From positions 37,076,001 to 37,140,000 of the forward strand of contig NC_043001.1 in NCBI RefSeq assembly GCF_006345805.1: a stretch of DNA of 64,000 nt, read 5' to 3'. The position numbers were made by a program, and so were the translations under genes. Of the stretch, positions 11,462-26,555 are shown one piece after another. The DNA is from Octopus sinensis. Lineage: Eukaryota. Position 1 is the stretch's first letter. The number at the start of each line of letters is the position of its first letter. The notes beneath the pieces are model-generated. The model saw only the letters and a program-made list of their open reading frames with translations, searched no databases and was not told the origin of the DNA.

Positions 11462-14400
11462 CATCATCATTTAATGGAAAGCAGACCTTAAACGATAATG
11501 ATGATGATATATATACATATATACACACACACACACACATATTTACATACACACACACATATATATATACACACACACTCACACATATATATACACACAT
11601 ATATACACATATATACACGTACATATATACACACACACATATGTATATACACATATATACATATGAACATACACACACACACACACATATATATATGTAT
11701 CTGCGTATGTGTCTTCATGGTTGTCCCTTTAACCCATTAGTGCTTGACAACCGATGTTGATGTGTTACTGTCCCCATAACTTAGCCATTCATAAAAGGGA
11801 CCAATAGAGCAAGTGCTAGACTTTAAAAAAATAAGTCCCGAGGTCGATTTGTTCGACTAAAATGGTAGTGCTCCAGCATGGCTACAGTCAAATGAAACAA
11901 GTAAAAGAATGAAAAAGAAAAACAAGAAAAAAAAATAAAATGTCTAAATGTGTTGGCTGAAAAGGAAAATATATTGGATGACATGTTAAAGGAGCTGATT
12001 TTTAGTTTGATGATAGAAATTGTCATCACAAAACAGAAACAGGAAATTATGCTAGATGAGGTTTCTAAAGCTCGTTAAGCAATTTATTTGTAATATATTA
12101 GAAAACTCATAAAACAAGTAGAGATTGGAATAACATACAACACTTCTTCCTTTCATGTAAATAAGAATCTCTTCATAGGCATAGGAGTGGCTGTGTGGTA
12201 AGTAGCTTGCTTACCAACCACATGGTTCCGGGTTCAGTCCCACCGCATGGCACCTTGGGCAAGTGTCTTCTACTATAGCCTCAGACCAGCCAAAGCCTTG
12301 TGAGTGGATTTGGTAGACGGAAACTGAAAGAAGCCCGTCGTATATATGTATATATATGTGTGTGTGTGTTTGTCTCCCCAACATTACTTGACAACTGATG
12401 CTGGTATGTTTACATCCCCATAACTTAGCGGTTCGGCAAAAGAATCTGATAGAATAAGTACTAGGTTTACAAAGTATAAGTTGTGGGACCGATTTGCTCG
12501 ACTAAAGGCAGTGCTCCAGCATGGCCACAGTCAAATGACTGAAACAAGTGAAAGAGTAATAGTAATTATAAAAATTAATTCAAATCAGTATGAAGCTTGC
12601 TTTCCAACCATGTGGTTTCAGGTTCAGTCCCACAGGACATCACCTTGGGCAAGTGTCTTCTTCTACAGTGAGCCAGTATCCACCAAAGCTTTGCAAGTGG
12701 ATTTGGCAGATAGAAACTGAAATAAGCCCATTGTGTGCATGTCACATATAATAAAACACATGTATTTCATCAGTCACACTGATAGAAGACTAAAACAATA
12801 AACAGATTGATACGAGTGACAGTTGGAGTGAGTTGAGTGATAGATGAACTGCAGTGAAAAATCTTGTTCAAAATTTGCTGGTATTTTAATGAAAATAAAA
12901 CTGCAAATTTTTATTGTAAATTGTATTTAGTTTGTCAGTTTCACACACATAAATATTTATATGAAATTAAATATTAAACTCTTTTGTTTACAAAATATCA
13001 TTCACATAACATTTATATATATCAATCTATATACCTCTCTCTCTCTGTAGGTAGGTAGAAAGATAGATAGATATATAGGTAGATAGATAGATAGGTAGAT
13101 AGATAGGTAGATAGATAGGTAGATGGGTAGGTAGATAGATAGATAGAAGTTATGGGGACATAAACAAACCAACAATAATTGTCAAGTGCTGGTTTAGGAC
13201 AAATACAAATACACAAATGAGTGTGTGTGTGTCTGTGTATATATGTGTGTGTGTGTGTTTATATATATATATGTGTATCTATGTGTGTTTGTGTGCACGT
13301 ATATACATATATATATATATATATACATACACATATATATATATCTGTGTACACACACACAACAGGCTTCTATCAGTTTCTGTCTACCAAATCCACACAC
13401 GAGGCCTGGGTTTAGCCCAGATCTATAGAAGACATTTGTTCAAAGTGGCACATAGTGAGGTTGAACTTAGAACCATTGTGGTTGGGAAGCAAACTTCTCC
13501 CCACACATCCATAAACAAATCATCATCATCATCATCATCATCGTTTAGCGTCCGTTTTCCATGCTAGCATGGGTTGGACAGTGCAACTGGGGTCTGGGAA
13601 GCCAGGAGGCTGCACCAGGCCCAGTCTGATCTGGCAATGTTTCTACAGCTGGATGCCCTTCCTAACGCCAACCACTCTGTGAGTGTAGTGGGTGCTTTTT
13701 ACGTGCCACCAGCACAGGTGCCAGACGGGGCTGGCAAACGGCCACGGTCGGATGGTGCTTTTTACGTGCCACTGACATGGGGGCCAAAAAAATATTTCTG
13801 GCACAGTTTGAGTATAAAATCTAAAAGTATTTACGGTATTTTAGCACATATATATAAATGTACATGCAATATAGCCAAATGGTGAAAAAGCACGTGTCAG
13901 AATCCATAAGACTACATGCTCAATTCTACTAAACAGCATCTTGGAGGAATGTCATCTATCCACGCCTTCTGAGTGAAAGGGGTAAGATGAAAACTATAAA
14001 AAGCTGTCATGTGTAATTCAAAGATTATAACTTTCTTACGGGGCTCCAGATGCTTCCAGATTGATCTCATCCAGTTATGAGTCAGCCTTCTCATGGTCTG
14101 TCGTATTGTGTCATACTTATTTCACTTGAGAAATATGCATAGGATACAAGTGCCTATAGAATGCTCAGCTGCTTACATGTTAATTCAGGACCGAGATGTT
14201 CTGTTGTTTGACTAACTGCAACCTCATTGTGAAATAACAAATGTCCACCACTATATACTGTAGTGAAAAATCTTGTTTAAATTTTTATTGTAAATTGTAT
14301 TTTGTTTGTCAGTTTCAAGCATGTATAAATATTTATATGAAATTAAATATTAAACTCTTTTGTTTACAAAACATCATTCACATAACATTTATATATATAT

Positions 14401-14654
14401 ATATCTATATACCTCTCTCTTACGGCTTTATCTAAAAAATAAAGCAAAGCTATAAAGGAATATATATGTAGAATTTCAGCTTATTTTTTTACATAGTTTA
14501 AGTTTAAATAATGTGGCTTTATTACTTTCCCAACTTAGTTATTTACACTACACGGAAAAACCAGTGTGCCAAGTCATGCCACATAAGAACCACTGATCTA
14601 GGGATTAAAAGAAAGAACAAATAGAAGGAAAATACAGATTTTGGAACAGAAAGT

Positions 14655-15240
14655 ATAATAATAATAATAATGAAATTATTGTATACAGTGCTCAGGTGCA
14701 CCACAACTTGTCAAAAGTGCATATAAAGCATATGCAGTAATGTACAAACGTCTGGGAAGTGAACAGTGTATGAGTCAGATACATGCTTGTGTGTGTATGG
14801 AGGGGAGAAAATCAGGTGTAGTGTTGGTGAATCTCAGGAAACATGGGAGTTTTGAAGGATGCAGTGCTCTGACAACTAACAATTGATGCGGGCAGTTTGT
14901 TCCATACTTCAGCAACTCTTAGCGTGAAAAAATGTTTCCGAAAGTCATGGGAGCTGTGCTGTTTTCTGACTTTGTAAACATGTCCATGGGTGTTAGACAG
15001 GTGGAGTTTGAAAAGGTGCTCAGAGTTATTGTTAGTAAGACGGTTTAATAATTTTATGGGTGTCTGCCAAGTCAGCTGCCAGACGACGGAGTTTCAATGT
15101 GTCCATGACCAGGGAAGTAAGGCGTTCAGAATATGGCAAATGCCTGATGGAGGGTATTCTCTTGGTTGCATGTCGCTGAACGGTTTCCAGACAATTAAGA
15201 TAGGGGTCCCAGACCAGTGATGCAAATTCCAAATTCCTAT
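14655..15240 (-). mobile_element. CR1-clade LINE 3' end with (TTA)n tail
   Basis: EFASLVWDPYLNCLETVQRHATKRIPSIRHLPYSERL...LRRLAADL, the CR1 RT C-terminal signature. Shorter 3' UTR copies at 5629-5699 (+), 27857-27950 (-) and 55443-55711 (-). Confidence 0.85.
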
Positions 15241-17189
15241 CTTCCTGCTATAAGCCAGAAAGAAGGGAAGGAGCAGAAAATAAGCTGGATGAGGGAAATA
15301 GAAATAGTGATTATGTTCTCCTACAGGTGCTGGCATGGCTGAGTAATTAAGAAGCTTGTTTGTAACCAAATGGTTTGGGGTTCAGTCCTAATGAGTGGCA
15401 CTTTGGGAAAGTGTCTTCTACAATGCCCCTTGAATGAATTTGGTAGATGGGGTCTATGTAGAAGCTTGTCATAAATACGAGAGTGTGCTGAAAAGGTCCT
15501 AGCTTTAATCTATCATGTAAGGCCTGGTTGGAGGCCCAACCTTCCAAATTCTTGTACTGGGCTTAGAAAAACTGAGGGACTGCTGCAATAAGTGTGTGAA
15601 TCTGAGAGTGGAATATGTTGAATAAAATAACCGATCCTCCTGTATTTGTTTTTCCATGCTAGAATAGGTGGGATGGATCTGCAGTATGGCATATAAGCAC
15701 TCCTGTCAGTCGTGTCATCTTGCCTAAGAAGTCTAATATCTTAATATCTCACACCACTAATTCTGTGGTCTTTCTCCTTACACAGATACCTTTTACTGGG
15801 AGAACCACCACATGGCTATTCAATCTAATGGAAATAGAAGCTAAAAAGAAAAAGGGACAGATTGGATAATATAGCCAGGGAAAAAGACAGCAAGGTCATG
15901 ACTGGAACATCAAAGATCAGGACTAAATTAATACTAAAAACAAGCAACCCTTAGCACACTACCATTTTCTCAACCTTTTGACATACCCACCTCTTCAGCA
16001 CCTATTAGTGAATATCTTTTAATGTCCAAATGCTTTTTGGGTGAATGTTCTGTTTTAAATGTTCAAAGCTACTGTTAGCGATGACAGCTTAATTGATAAT
16101 ATGTTTAATCAAATAAATGGATTGCTTATTCATTTGTAAGAACTCACACCCATAAAGCAAGCAAACATGATTTATCAAGCAGTATAAAGTAAATAACGCT
16201 TATCTCTCACAGAGAGATAAAATATTTCTCCAGTTTATTAGCATAATTTAATAAACAACACATGTCACTAATGAAAGTATTTCTACTTTGAAATGAAAAT
16301 GTTCTGCTTGATGATTTGTTACAAAATTAACCTGTTGAATGACAGATTAAAAGGTTGGTTTCCTGTCACCACACTGCATTGTGACCCTGACATACATACA
16401 TTTTACCTGTCATTTAAGCTCAACTTATAAACAAGCCATCTGAGGTTACTACACACCAATTACACAACACCATTGTAGGCACTAAGGACAGGAAGTTTTA
16501 TATTCCTTGCAGCCTTAAGACATGAAGTTTTATATTCTTTGCAGCCCGAGACACAATATTTATATGAGTATGTATGTGATGTAAGGAATGGTGCAATGTG
16601 TGTGTGTGTGTGTGTGTGTGTGCACGCGTCTGTCTCTGTGTGTGTGTGTGTGAGTGCGCGTCTGTCTGTGTGTATGTGTGTGCGTCTGTCTCTGTGTGTG
16701 TGGAGTGAACCTCACAACCATATAGTCTCATGCTCTGTGTGACTGCACAACATCTTGAGCTGTTGTCTTGAACTAGAGCTCCGGGTTGACTAATGCTTTT
16801 TCAGTGAATTTGGTAGATGGAAACTGTTTGTTTGTGTATGTGTGTGTGCGTGCATGTTTTTGCGTGTGTGTACATGCATTCATGGTTGTCTCAACAATGC
16901 GGGTTTGTATATATGTCTCCCTAACTTAGCAGTTTGACAAAAGGAGAGGTATGCAGTGATTTGATTAACTAAACCCTTCATTTTTCCATACTTGCATGAG
17001 CTAGATGAACGTGTTATCTGAGGCATTGTTTTACAGTCAGATGCCCGCCTTTATGAGACTAATTCTTATTTGTTTTTCAAGTAAGGGATCACTTATTTCA
17101 CATGGCTTTGAAGGCAAAAAGTGCCCCAGATGATTTGTTTACAAGAAAACTGACACCACTACCCACTGCACTTTTGTACAAGTGATTGC

Positions 17190-17317
17190 AGCTGCAAACA
17201 CACACACGCACACATATATACACACACACATATATATAAATACACACACATATATATACATACACAAATATACACACACACACATATATATACATACACA
17301 CATACACACACACATAT

Positions 17318-17352
<35 letters not shown>

Positions 17353-17391
17353 CATACACAGACACACATATATATATACATACATACACAG

Positions 17392-17422
<31 letters not shown>

Positions 17423-17500
17423 CATACACACACACACATATATATACACACACAATATATATATATATATACATACATTAACATATATATATATACACAC
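17190..17500. repeat. Large compound (CA)/(TA) microsatellite. Similar tracts at 11407-11700, 33470-33640, 58225-58368 and 60955-61060
   Basis: Directly visible. Confidence 0.95.
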
Positions 17501-18388
17501 ACGCACAGACTTTCAGTTTCTGTTCACCAAATTCACTCAGAAGGCATTGGTCAGTCTGGGGCTATAGCATAAGACACTTGCCCAAATTGTCATGCAGTAG
17601 TCCTGGGGTCGATTTGTTCAATTAAAAGTGATGCTCCAGCATGGCCACAGTCAAATAAATAACTAAAACAAATAAAAGAGTAAACACACATACACACACA
17701 CAAAGTAATGACTTGTGAACTAAATTAGTAGATGGAAACAAATCTTATAGTTTTCATCAACCAATTTTGCTCACAAGATATTGCTTGACCTGGAGCTATA
17801 GCAGAAGACACCAAAAGTCAGATAGAACCAGAAATCACGTGGTTGCAAAGTGAACTTCACAACTGTACAAGTATAGGCTATGCCACACAGCAATGCCTGC
17901 ACCTTAGCTATAAACGAAGTCTACAAGGAGTGACAATCCTATCTGAAGCATAATCTAATATTGTTTACTTGTAAGAAAGCAGGAAAATAATAGTGATAAG
18001 GCAGATGATATGACAGCAAAGAGGTAACTGATAGTAATAATGGCAATGAATAAATGAAATGAAACACAACGGTGTGGCATGTTAAATACAGCTTAAGTTA
18101 TGCCAAATAACACCTGAAGAGATATTGTTCATTGTTTTATGTGAGCAAACATGCTTTTGAATCCATAACAACTTTTAAACTAACTGTCATCATTATTCCT
18201 TTTAGAGCTGTTTTTTTTCCTCTATTTTTTAATTTTTTTTTATTTTTGAGATATATTATAATAGCATTCTTAATGTCTCAGACTTTACTGATTGCTATGC
18301 TCAGCCTTCATTGAGTTTGTGTGGATTATCAGTTACACTATTTAGCATGAAGTTTTAATTAGTGATTGTATTCTTCAAAAAAAAAAAT

Positions 18389-18640
18389 GTGGAGGCACAT
18401 GGCTTAGTGGTTTGGGTGTCTGCTCCATGATCGTTAAGATTGTGGTTTCGATTCCTGGACCAAGCGATGCATTGTGTTCTTGAGCAAAACACTTCATTTC
18501 ACGTTGCTCCAGTCCACTCAGCTGGCAAAAATGAGTAACGCTGCGATGGACTAGCGTCCCGTCCAGCTGGGGAACACATATGCCATAGAAACCGGGAAAT
18601 CGGGCCCATGAGCCTGGCTAGGCTTTAAAAGGGTGCATTT
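18389..18640 (+). mobile_element. tRNA-derived SINE (family D)
   Basis: TGGCTTAGTGGTT A-box, GTTTCGATTCC B-box, TTCTTGAGCAAAACACTTCATTTCACGTTGCTCCAGTCCAC body. Confidence 0.8.
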
Positions 18641-21600
18641 ATTTTATTATTCTTCAAAATAAATACCCGAGATTTAATTGCTAATGATAATTTTATTTTG
18701 GAAAAGCTGTGGTTAGCTGACTATTACAATCATAATAAACAGCTACATCTATATTAGAATTTTTTCATTTTTAAATAATTTCTTTCCTCTAATATAAACA
18801 CCACATTTATTGGTACACAAGTTGAATTTTTCAGACCAAAATTTATAACCAAAAAAGTAGATTAACTTATAACACCAAGACAACTTTGCAGGACCAAAAA
18901 CTTCATGTTAAATGCAACAAGATTTGGAAAGGTAGTGACAGTGTTTGAATATTTACACAACACTACACTCGCGGAGTGGTTGGCGTTAGGAAGGGCATCC
19001 AGCTGTAGAAACACTGCCAGATCAGACTGGAGCCTGGGGCAGCCCCTGGCTCCCCAGACCCCGGTCGAACCGTCCAACCCGTGCTGGCGCGGAAAACGGA
19101 CGTTAAACGATGATGATGATGATGATGATGATGATGCTATGTCAACTTGCATACTGGAAAATATATTTCTATAGATTTACTTTGTGATTCATTCACAAAT
19201 ACTTCAGTAACATATGACATTGTTATGCTTCCATTAAAGATGTCTAATAAGTAAGTCTCAAACATGTTCAAAATTATTTTCCGCACTTGCCAGAGCATTG
19301 TTGGTGTTATTTTTATGGACTTGCAGGTTGTATGTTCTCATTGTTCAAGTCCTACTGAATTGTAGTGTAGTCTTGGCTATGTTCCCAGAGCATTTAATCA
19401 TGTAATTACATGTTTGTATCTGTGCACATGTCCATACCTGTATGTGTTTGTGTGTATTGAGTGAGAAGAAATATCTGGTTATTTCTTCCTCATATGGCCA
19501 AAATTTTTTTAAGGATATAAATGCACTCATGGAAACCCAGTTTCTGTAATTGCTGGGTAATCTGGACTTATGCCAATTTTTAAAGTCCAGTACCTTTTTG
19601 TTTTCTTTTATTTCCTCAGCCTGTTTAAAAATAGGGAAACATTGTTATAGGGGTTTCATCAACTTTTATCTATCTGTAAATCTCTGTAATTTTGATTCTC
19701 TTAATGCCTCTTTGATGTTCCTACCAGCAGGACATAACATATTAGTTATAATACATGTTTCTTTTTGTTCTATTTTTATAGAGGAGAGCTAAAGTGACAG
19801 AATCAGTACAGTGCCAGCCATAATTAGTTACATCATATCCCAAGTTCAAATACTGTTGAACTCAACTACACACTTCATTATCCAGGGACTAATAAAATAA
19901 ATACCAATCAAATACAGGGAGTTTTCATCATCATCATCGTTTAACATCTGCTTTCCATGCTAGCATGGGTTGGACAATTTGACTGAGGGCTGGCGAACCA
20001 GATGGCTGCACCAGGCCCCAATCTTGATCTGGCAGAGTTTCTACAGCTGGATGCCCTTCCTAACGCCAACCACTCCGAGAGTGTAGTGGGTGCTTTTACA
20101 TGCCAGCGGCACAGGGGCCAGTAAGGCGGTACTGGTAACGACCTCACTCGAATCTTTTTACACATGCCACCGGCACAGGTGCCAGTAAGGCGATAGTCAA
20201 ATATTCCTTCCTTCATAAATTTTTAGCCTTGTGGTCATGTTAGAAACTATTATTATTATCATTATTATTATTATTATTTTTTTTTTTTTTTTTCAAAGTG
20301 GCAAACTTTCAGAATTGTTAGCACACCAGGTAGAATGTTGTCCTTGTGTTCTGAATTCAAAGTTGACCACCAAGGTCAACTTTGCATTTCATCCTTTCAG
20401 GGTTGATAAAATATGTACCAGTTGAATACTGTGGGGCAGGAGGATGAAATTGAAAAGCCCCTCCCCTAAAAATATCAGGCTTTGTGCCTATAGCTGAAAG
20501 GAATTTTTTCATACTGTTATACAGATTATTTATTATTGCTGGATGGCTTTCTTAATGCTAAATTCTTAACTGAGAATGATTGTTTTCATCATTTCCATTC
20601 AATACCAAATCTTACATGTCAACATGTTCTTAATAGCTTTAGTTTCATTGGCAAGTTCCCTGTGGCTTTAAGTCTTTCAAACCAATTTAATTTTCTTTCT
20701 GCAGCATTTTATCCCATCAATAATCAACTGAGAAGTAATTTATCTAAAGATTAGATTAGATTTTTTTTTGTGTGTGTAGGTATTTTTCTTATGACTCCAG
20801 TAATTAAATTTAGATTTTATTTCTTTTTAATGATAGGTATACTAAGGTTGAATGGTTAGGAAAAATAATGATGTTTGCCTGCAGATATACAGAAATAATG
20901 GTAAAAGTAATGTATGTTGGAGAACAAAGAAAATTGTTCTCCAACATACAAGAAATTTGACATCTGCTTTCTATGCTGGCATGGGTTGGATGGTTCGACA
21001 GGAACTAGCAAGGCAGAAGACTACACCAGGCTTCTGTGTCTGTTTTGCAAGATTGCCCTTCCTAACATCAACTACTGTACAGAGTGGACTGAATGATTTT
21101 GACGGAGTGGAACCAGTCCTTCCAAATGCCAACCACTTAACAGTGTGAACTGGATACTTTTTATGTGGCACCAGCACTGGCAGGAACACCAAGCAACTTG
21201 CAAGACAAAGAACCTTTGAGAGGAGAGGAGGTATTGGAGGAGGTGGCCTTGTATGAGGTGATGAAAGGTTCGAGTATGACAGAGAGACAGAAACAGGTGT
21301 CTTGCTGTAGAGAAGATTCCTGATAACTGAGAGAGAGAGAGAGAGAACTGCAAAGAAATTATTTTGTAGTGTAATGAAAGCCGATGATTGTGATCACTTT
21401 GATAACAGTAACCAGATGATTACATTAAGGAGAAGATATAACAATACATTTGAAGGTGTTAAGGATCAACTAAGGTTAATAGCAAAAACATTTTATAACA
21501 TTAAAGCTGATAATAACAATAATGATTTCAAATTTTGGCACAAAGCCAGCAATTTCAGGAAGCAGGTAAGTCAATTACATTGATGCCAATAATTAATTAG

Positions 21601-21729
21601 TTACTTATCTTATTGGCGCCAAAAAAATATTCCTTCAGCTTGTGACAGCAGACAAAGTGAAATAGCCCTTGAGCCAGTTTATTCTTGTCAAAATTCTTAG
21701 TGCTTGTGCAGAAACTCATTCCAGGCTCC

Positions 21730-22700
21730 AAGACTGAGACATCGCTGAATTTTTGAACACAAAAGTTTAGTTTTCTGGAGGCAGAATAGTGACAGGGTTA
21801 TTTTGCAAGCCCACATCATCCACCATTTATCTCCACCACAACTCTCTCATCATCCACATCATATAATTCGGGCAAATCCAAAATCCCAATTTTTGAGGAT
21901 AAAATGGATTTGTATTGACATAGGGGATTATTGGAAACATGCAAATACTTTTGAACACTATTCTGTCAAATGCTGTTACAGTGAATTATGATTAAAGGAA
22001 ATAGCAAATGTGATAGCTAAGAAAGTCAAACCTTCATGCATAATTTTAGCAACACAATTCCTTTAGTGGTTAACTGGCACCAAAATTTTGCTGGCATTTA
22101 AAAAGAGTTGCATGAAAGTTACCAGCATGTTGCACAAAAATATTCTCGTTTCAAACAGATATTTTCTCAGCTGCCTATTGTAGCCTTTAAACAGAATAAA
22201 AATATAAGAGAATTATTGACCTCTATTTCTGACTCAAAAAAAAAAAACCAACATTGGAATATCTGCATGCTGTACCTTGAAAAACAACCACAAGTGAGGT
22301 AAGCCCTGTTTATTGTGCAGCAACATAAGTCAAGTGATTTCCATCAGGAATCGTAACAGAAATGTTATGATTTATACAGAAGGTGGGACATGTAGAGATT
22401 CCCATTTGGTGTGTGTGGCAGAATGCACAAAACACAACTTGATTTATGTTGGTTGTACAACAGAACAATAAAACAAAAGATCTAATGGACAAAGATATGA
22501 CATCAGGCACAATAACAGTAGTTCGACAGAACTTGCTGAACATTTTGCTTTAAACAGCTGCAATTTTGAAAAAGACTTGAAAATGCATTTTCTCAGAAAA
22601 TATTCTGAACCTGCTTCACTTTTAATACTCAAAATGCATGAGGAGAAATACGTTTGCGGGTTATTAGCATCATGCCCAGAAGGAATGAATAAAATGATAG
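21730..22700 (+). mobile_element. Degraded Penelope-like element (RT C-terminus to GIY-YIG) in ETHE1 intron 1
   Basis: Frameshifted segments resembling FLNTKV..KPT..YLH..S.HP.HI...PKSQFLRIK.IC, LPIVAFKQNKNIRELL and C....LIYVGCT..IKQR.NG.RYDIRH..ELAEHF. Confidence 0.75.
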
Positions 22701-25700
22701 TAGAATATCATCAAATTTATACAAAACTGTTTGATTATATAGTCTTCTTTTTCCTTTCCCTTTTTTCCCTGTCTTTTTTCTTTTCCCCAGTTATAAAATT
22801 AAAACTTAAAACTTATTATTATTAGACAAGACAAAGAGTGCGATGCAATTGCAATAGATATCTTATTGGTTTAACGATATTTCTGAGTATACTTATGACC
22901 AACAACATTCCAGTAGCCCAAGCAACCCCATCTTATCAGATATATATAAAATTATATCATCTAATATATCCTTTATTAATTAAAATGACAGAATGTTTTG
23001 AGAAAAAAAAAACTGGCACCTAATTCTAACAGGTTGAGTTATCATTGAAGAAGGTATGCTGTTGGCTTCTAATGCCAGAAACAATGTTAACTGTATCAAT
23101 TTTTACAGTCTTAGAAGATGAACACTATCCAAAGCTCATTTGCAGGGCCTCCAAGGAAGGGAAGCTATCCTTAACCCGTGAAACCTGGTCCAAATGTCTA
23201 TCAGAGAATAGATTTTACTAAAGGTACCCAAGGACTAAATAAGTGGAAAACCAGACAACTGGTTAATTCTACCACACAAGAACAGGTTTCTACACATTTT
23301 TCATCTATAAGTTTCCACATAAGGATTTGATCTACCCAAGGCTATGGTAGAGGACACTTGCTTAAGGTGCTTCACAGTGAGAATGAACTCCACACAACTA
23401 TGCACTTGCTATTGTATTGCTTTATGTTTAAAAACTAACTGGGTCAACTGTATCTTTCATTCTTCCAATCATCGTCATCATCATCATCATTTAACGTCCG
23501 TTTTCCATGCTAGCATGGGTTGGATGGTTCGAGCGGGGTCTGGGAAGCCAGGAGGCTGCGCCAGGCTCCAGTCTGATCTGGCAGTGTTTCTACAGCTGGA
23601 TGCCCTTCCTAATGCCAACCACTCCGTGAGTGTAGTGGGTGCTTTTTACGTGCCACTGGCACAGGTGCCAGACAGGGCTGGCAAACGGCCACGGTCGGAT
23701 GGTGCACAGGGGCCAGAGGATGTTGGTGCTTTTATGTGTCACTGACACGGACGCCAGTCAGGCGGCGCTGGCATCAGCCACATTTAGATGGTGCTTTTTA
23801 CGTGCCACCAGGACGAGTAAACAAAATATGATACCAATAATATGGTTTTTATTGAACTGTCTACTTCTCTTTATTACAAAAATTAGTCTACTACTACACA
23901 GGAAAAAGAAAAAAAAAAAAAGATTTTCTTTTGACTACATTTAGTTGTAGATATATTTAAGATAGGAAATTGCTATTTGATTAAATATGAAACAGATAAT
24001 GACTAAGTGAGAATGAGAATAAAATATTTACTAAAACAATTAACTTCTATCAGTCAGTGAGAAAGCCTGTGCATGAAATAACTAACTTCTCTCAACTCAT
24101 AGCCTACCTTCTTAGAAAAGGACATATTTAATTATATAGTCTTAGATGCACTGTGCCAAGGAAAAAGATGTTACAGTTGAGGGCTCATTTAGAGGCAAGT
24201 AACAACTAACTTTATGTGCATCAAAATGATAAAACCCCCAAAATATACGTTGATGAAAAAAAAAAGCAGAACATAGCTCCTATAAATTCTAGTCAAAGCA
24301 TCTCTTGTGGAAGAGCAGTTCTCCAAAATAGAGAATAGTAAGATCTTTAAGCTTTGGAAAATTATTTTTTTTTTTTAATAGATGGTCACAGTAGTGTTAA
24401 GTGTGGATACCTTTAGCCCAAAGCATCAGCATAGATTCATTCAAGCATGATTATATAGTTTACTGGTGAAAGTAATGGGCATGTTTCTCTCTTATTAGAT
24501 CTCTTCAGTAGATGTTAATTATGAATGCCGATAAAATACCTCAGAGGAATATTATGCATAGTAAATATAAATAGCAAAAGATCTCACACATGTAGTACTG
24601 CTGGCTAAAAAAAAATACTTCAAGCTGATTTTTCTTAATTTATTGTGACAGGACTTTAAGCATTATAAATTCAAGTGTCGATCTTGTTTCATCCAACTTC
24701 AGTCGTAATTGAGTAGATCTAAGATCAAGGATATTCCAGACACGACCGTCCTACTCTTTTCTAGAGCACGCTATGCAAAAGATTACATTAGACAAAATAC
24801 TCATTTATTTTTTCTTTCATTAGCAAGACTCCCACTTTAACGGTTAGAAGGGGTTTTGGCAGCTATTTTTCTTGAGGTCAACCCTCCATACGAAGGGCGA
24901 ACCAATGAAGAAACTACTACGAGATTGCTCGGCATCGAAAACCCTCAAATTTTACGGTACGCATTGGATAAGGACAGTCTAAAATACGTACGCAATGCAA
25001 GAGAGAAAGACGTGGTGGCCACAGTTGGAATGTTTTCAGTTAAATTCTGCTCACTTAGGGCTAACTTGGATGAAAGAACAATCACGTCTCAACTGTCCAG
25101 CCGAAATGTTCGCAGTAGATATACTGAAAGGGATCCCCAGTTTACCAGACGATTAGCTCGTTTCATTTTATGTTGCTATATCGTGGATGGTTAACAACAG
25201 TATCGTTGCTTATCGATTTTCAACGAAACAATCATCTGGGAGTGTCTGTAAGCCGGTTCAGATCAAACAACACAAAGGACCTCGCTTAAAGAGCGCCGAT
25301 TTCCTCGTAGTTTGTTTACATTCTTCGCCGGTGTAAAACAGCGGGAAACATACACACAAGCGATCTTATGATTTTTGAATGTGTAAGTGCGGTAAGTAAA
25401 TGGAGGTAACAATAATATGGAATGTAGTAAAATAACTTGGTTATAACCGAAGTGTGTACGTGTGTGTGTAAACTCTTGCCGGAAAAGGCCTATATCTCTT
25501 TGGTTTCTGATATTTTAGGCATGCAATTACTTTGACATGTATCACTTAAAATGAAGAGAATCGAATGTCTTTTTTCAGTAGTGCTGCTGTGCTGCTTTCA
25601 TAACAAAACGATATGTAGGGAAATGAAAGCAGTAATCTATAATAATCTACAATAACATAATTTCACAATAGAAAAAAAAAAATAACCAACAACAGTTACA

Positions 25701-26555
25701 AAAAAATAGGTAAAGATGTAAACATTAACCAAAATAATTCTTAACTGCCCTTAAAATAACCCAAATGATGAAAAGAATAAAAGAAAGAAAAGGGAGAAGA
25801 AATTCTTCTGTCATTGCGAAACACAGATTTTGTAAAAGTGAAAGTGGCAACTTATAATGAAGGATTACCCCCACGACAGCTTTGTTCAATACGCCCTTCC
25901 CAGGTTGTGATTCGAGTAAGAGTTAGTGCAATTTCTAGCTGGTTGAGACTCACTTTTTAACTGGATGCTTTTTAAATGATAAAAGTTATTCAGATGGGGT
26001 AAAGCAGTGTTTAAGTTTTGAAGCATGGATTAATTTTTACGGGTGACCCTTCATGTAATATCACCAGCGTCATTCAGACGATAAAAATGTCAACAAACCG
26101 AAAACCGTTGTTTGAATTTAAATTAGTTCCAATCGATACCTATAGAAGACATCACGTCGTTCATCATCCAGTTTTTTCGAGGGGTGGTTTCCGAGGTACG
26201 TACCCGGAACACCACGTTAACCAAGGTGCCCTTCACTTTTCTTCTTTTAAAACCGTATAACGATAGAATGTGATTTGATGAACATTTAGCTACCATTTCG
26301 AACCAGTCTTGCGACTACATAAATGTTCGAAAAGTTGTTTCGTCCCAGGTCAGCTTAAGCTTTTTACTTACGACCAATCTTTTTTCGTTTTCAGTAATTG
26401 TGTCACCCGACTGATATGAATTTAAAAGAAACACGTCTAAACCGGATACAAAATAATATATTTTTCATTAAGACAAAATGAAAATAAGAACAGGGAGAGC
26501 ATAAAACGTTTTGCGTATGCGTATCTGTAATTAAAAATTTTATGAATTTACTGAC

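Larger units (their letters stand above)
13520..23820. mobile_element. Further short RTE 3' UTR copies: 13520-13775 (-), 18960-19137 (+), 19925-20195 (-), 20955-21330 (-), 23470-23820 (-)
   Basis: Shared GCTGGATGCCCTTCCTAACGCCAACCAC core and (CAT)n/(ATG)n tails. The coordinates span separate copies, not one element. Confidence 0.75.

Noticed and set aside
18389-18460. A/B-box sequences as tRNA genes (also 43710-43790 and 44050-44121)
   Set aside because: No complete cloverleaf; they continue into SINE bodies.
24856-25194. 112-aa ORF in the intronic promoter-like island
   Set aside because: Non-ATG start, no recognisable domain, and no splice-compatible link to either gene.
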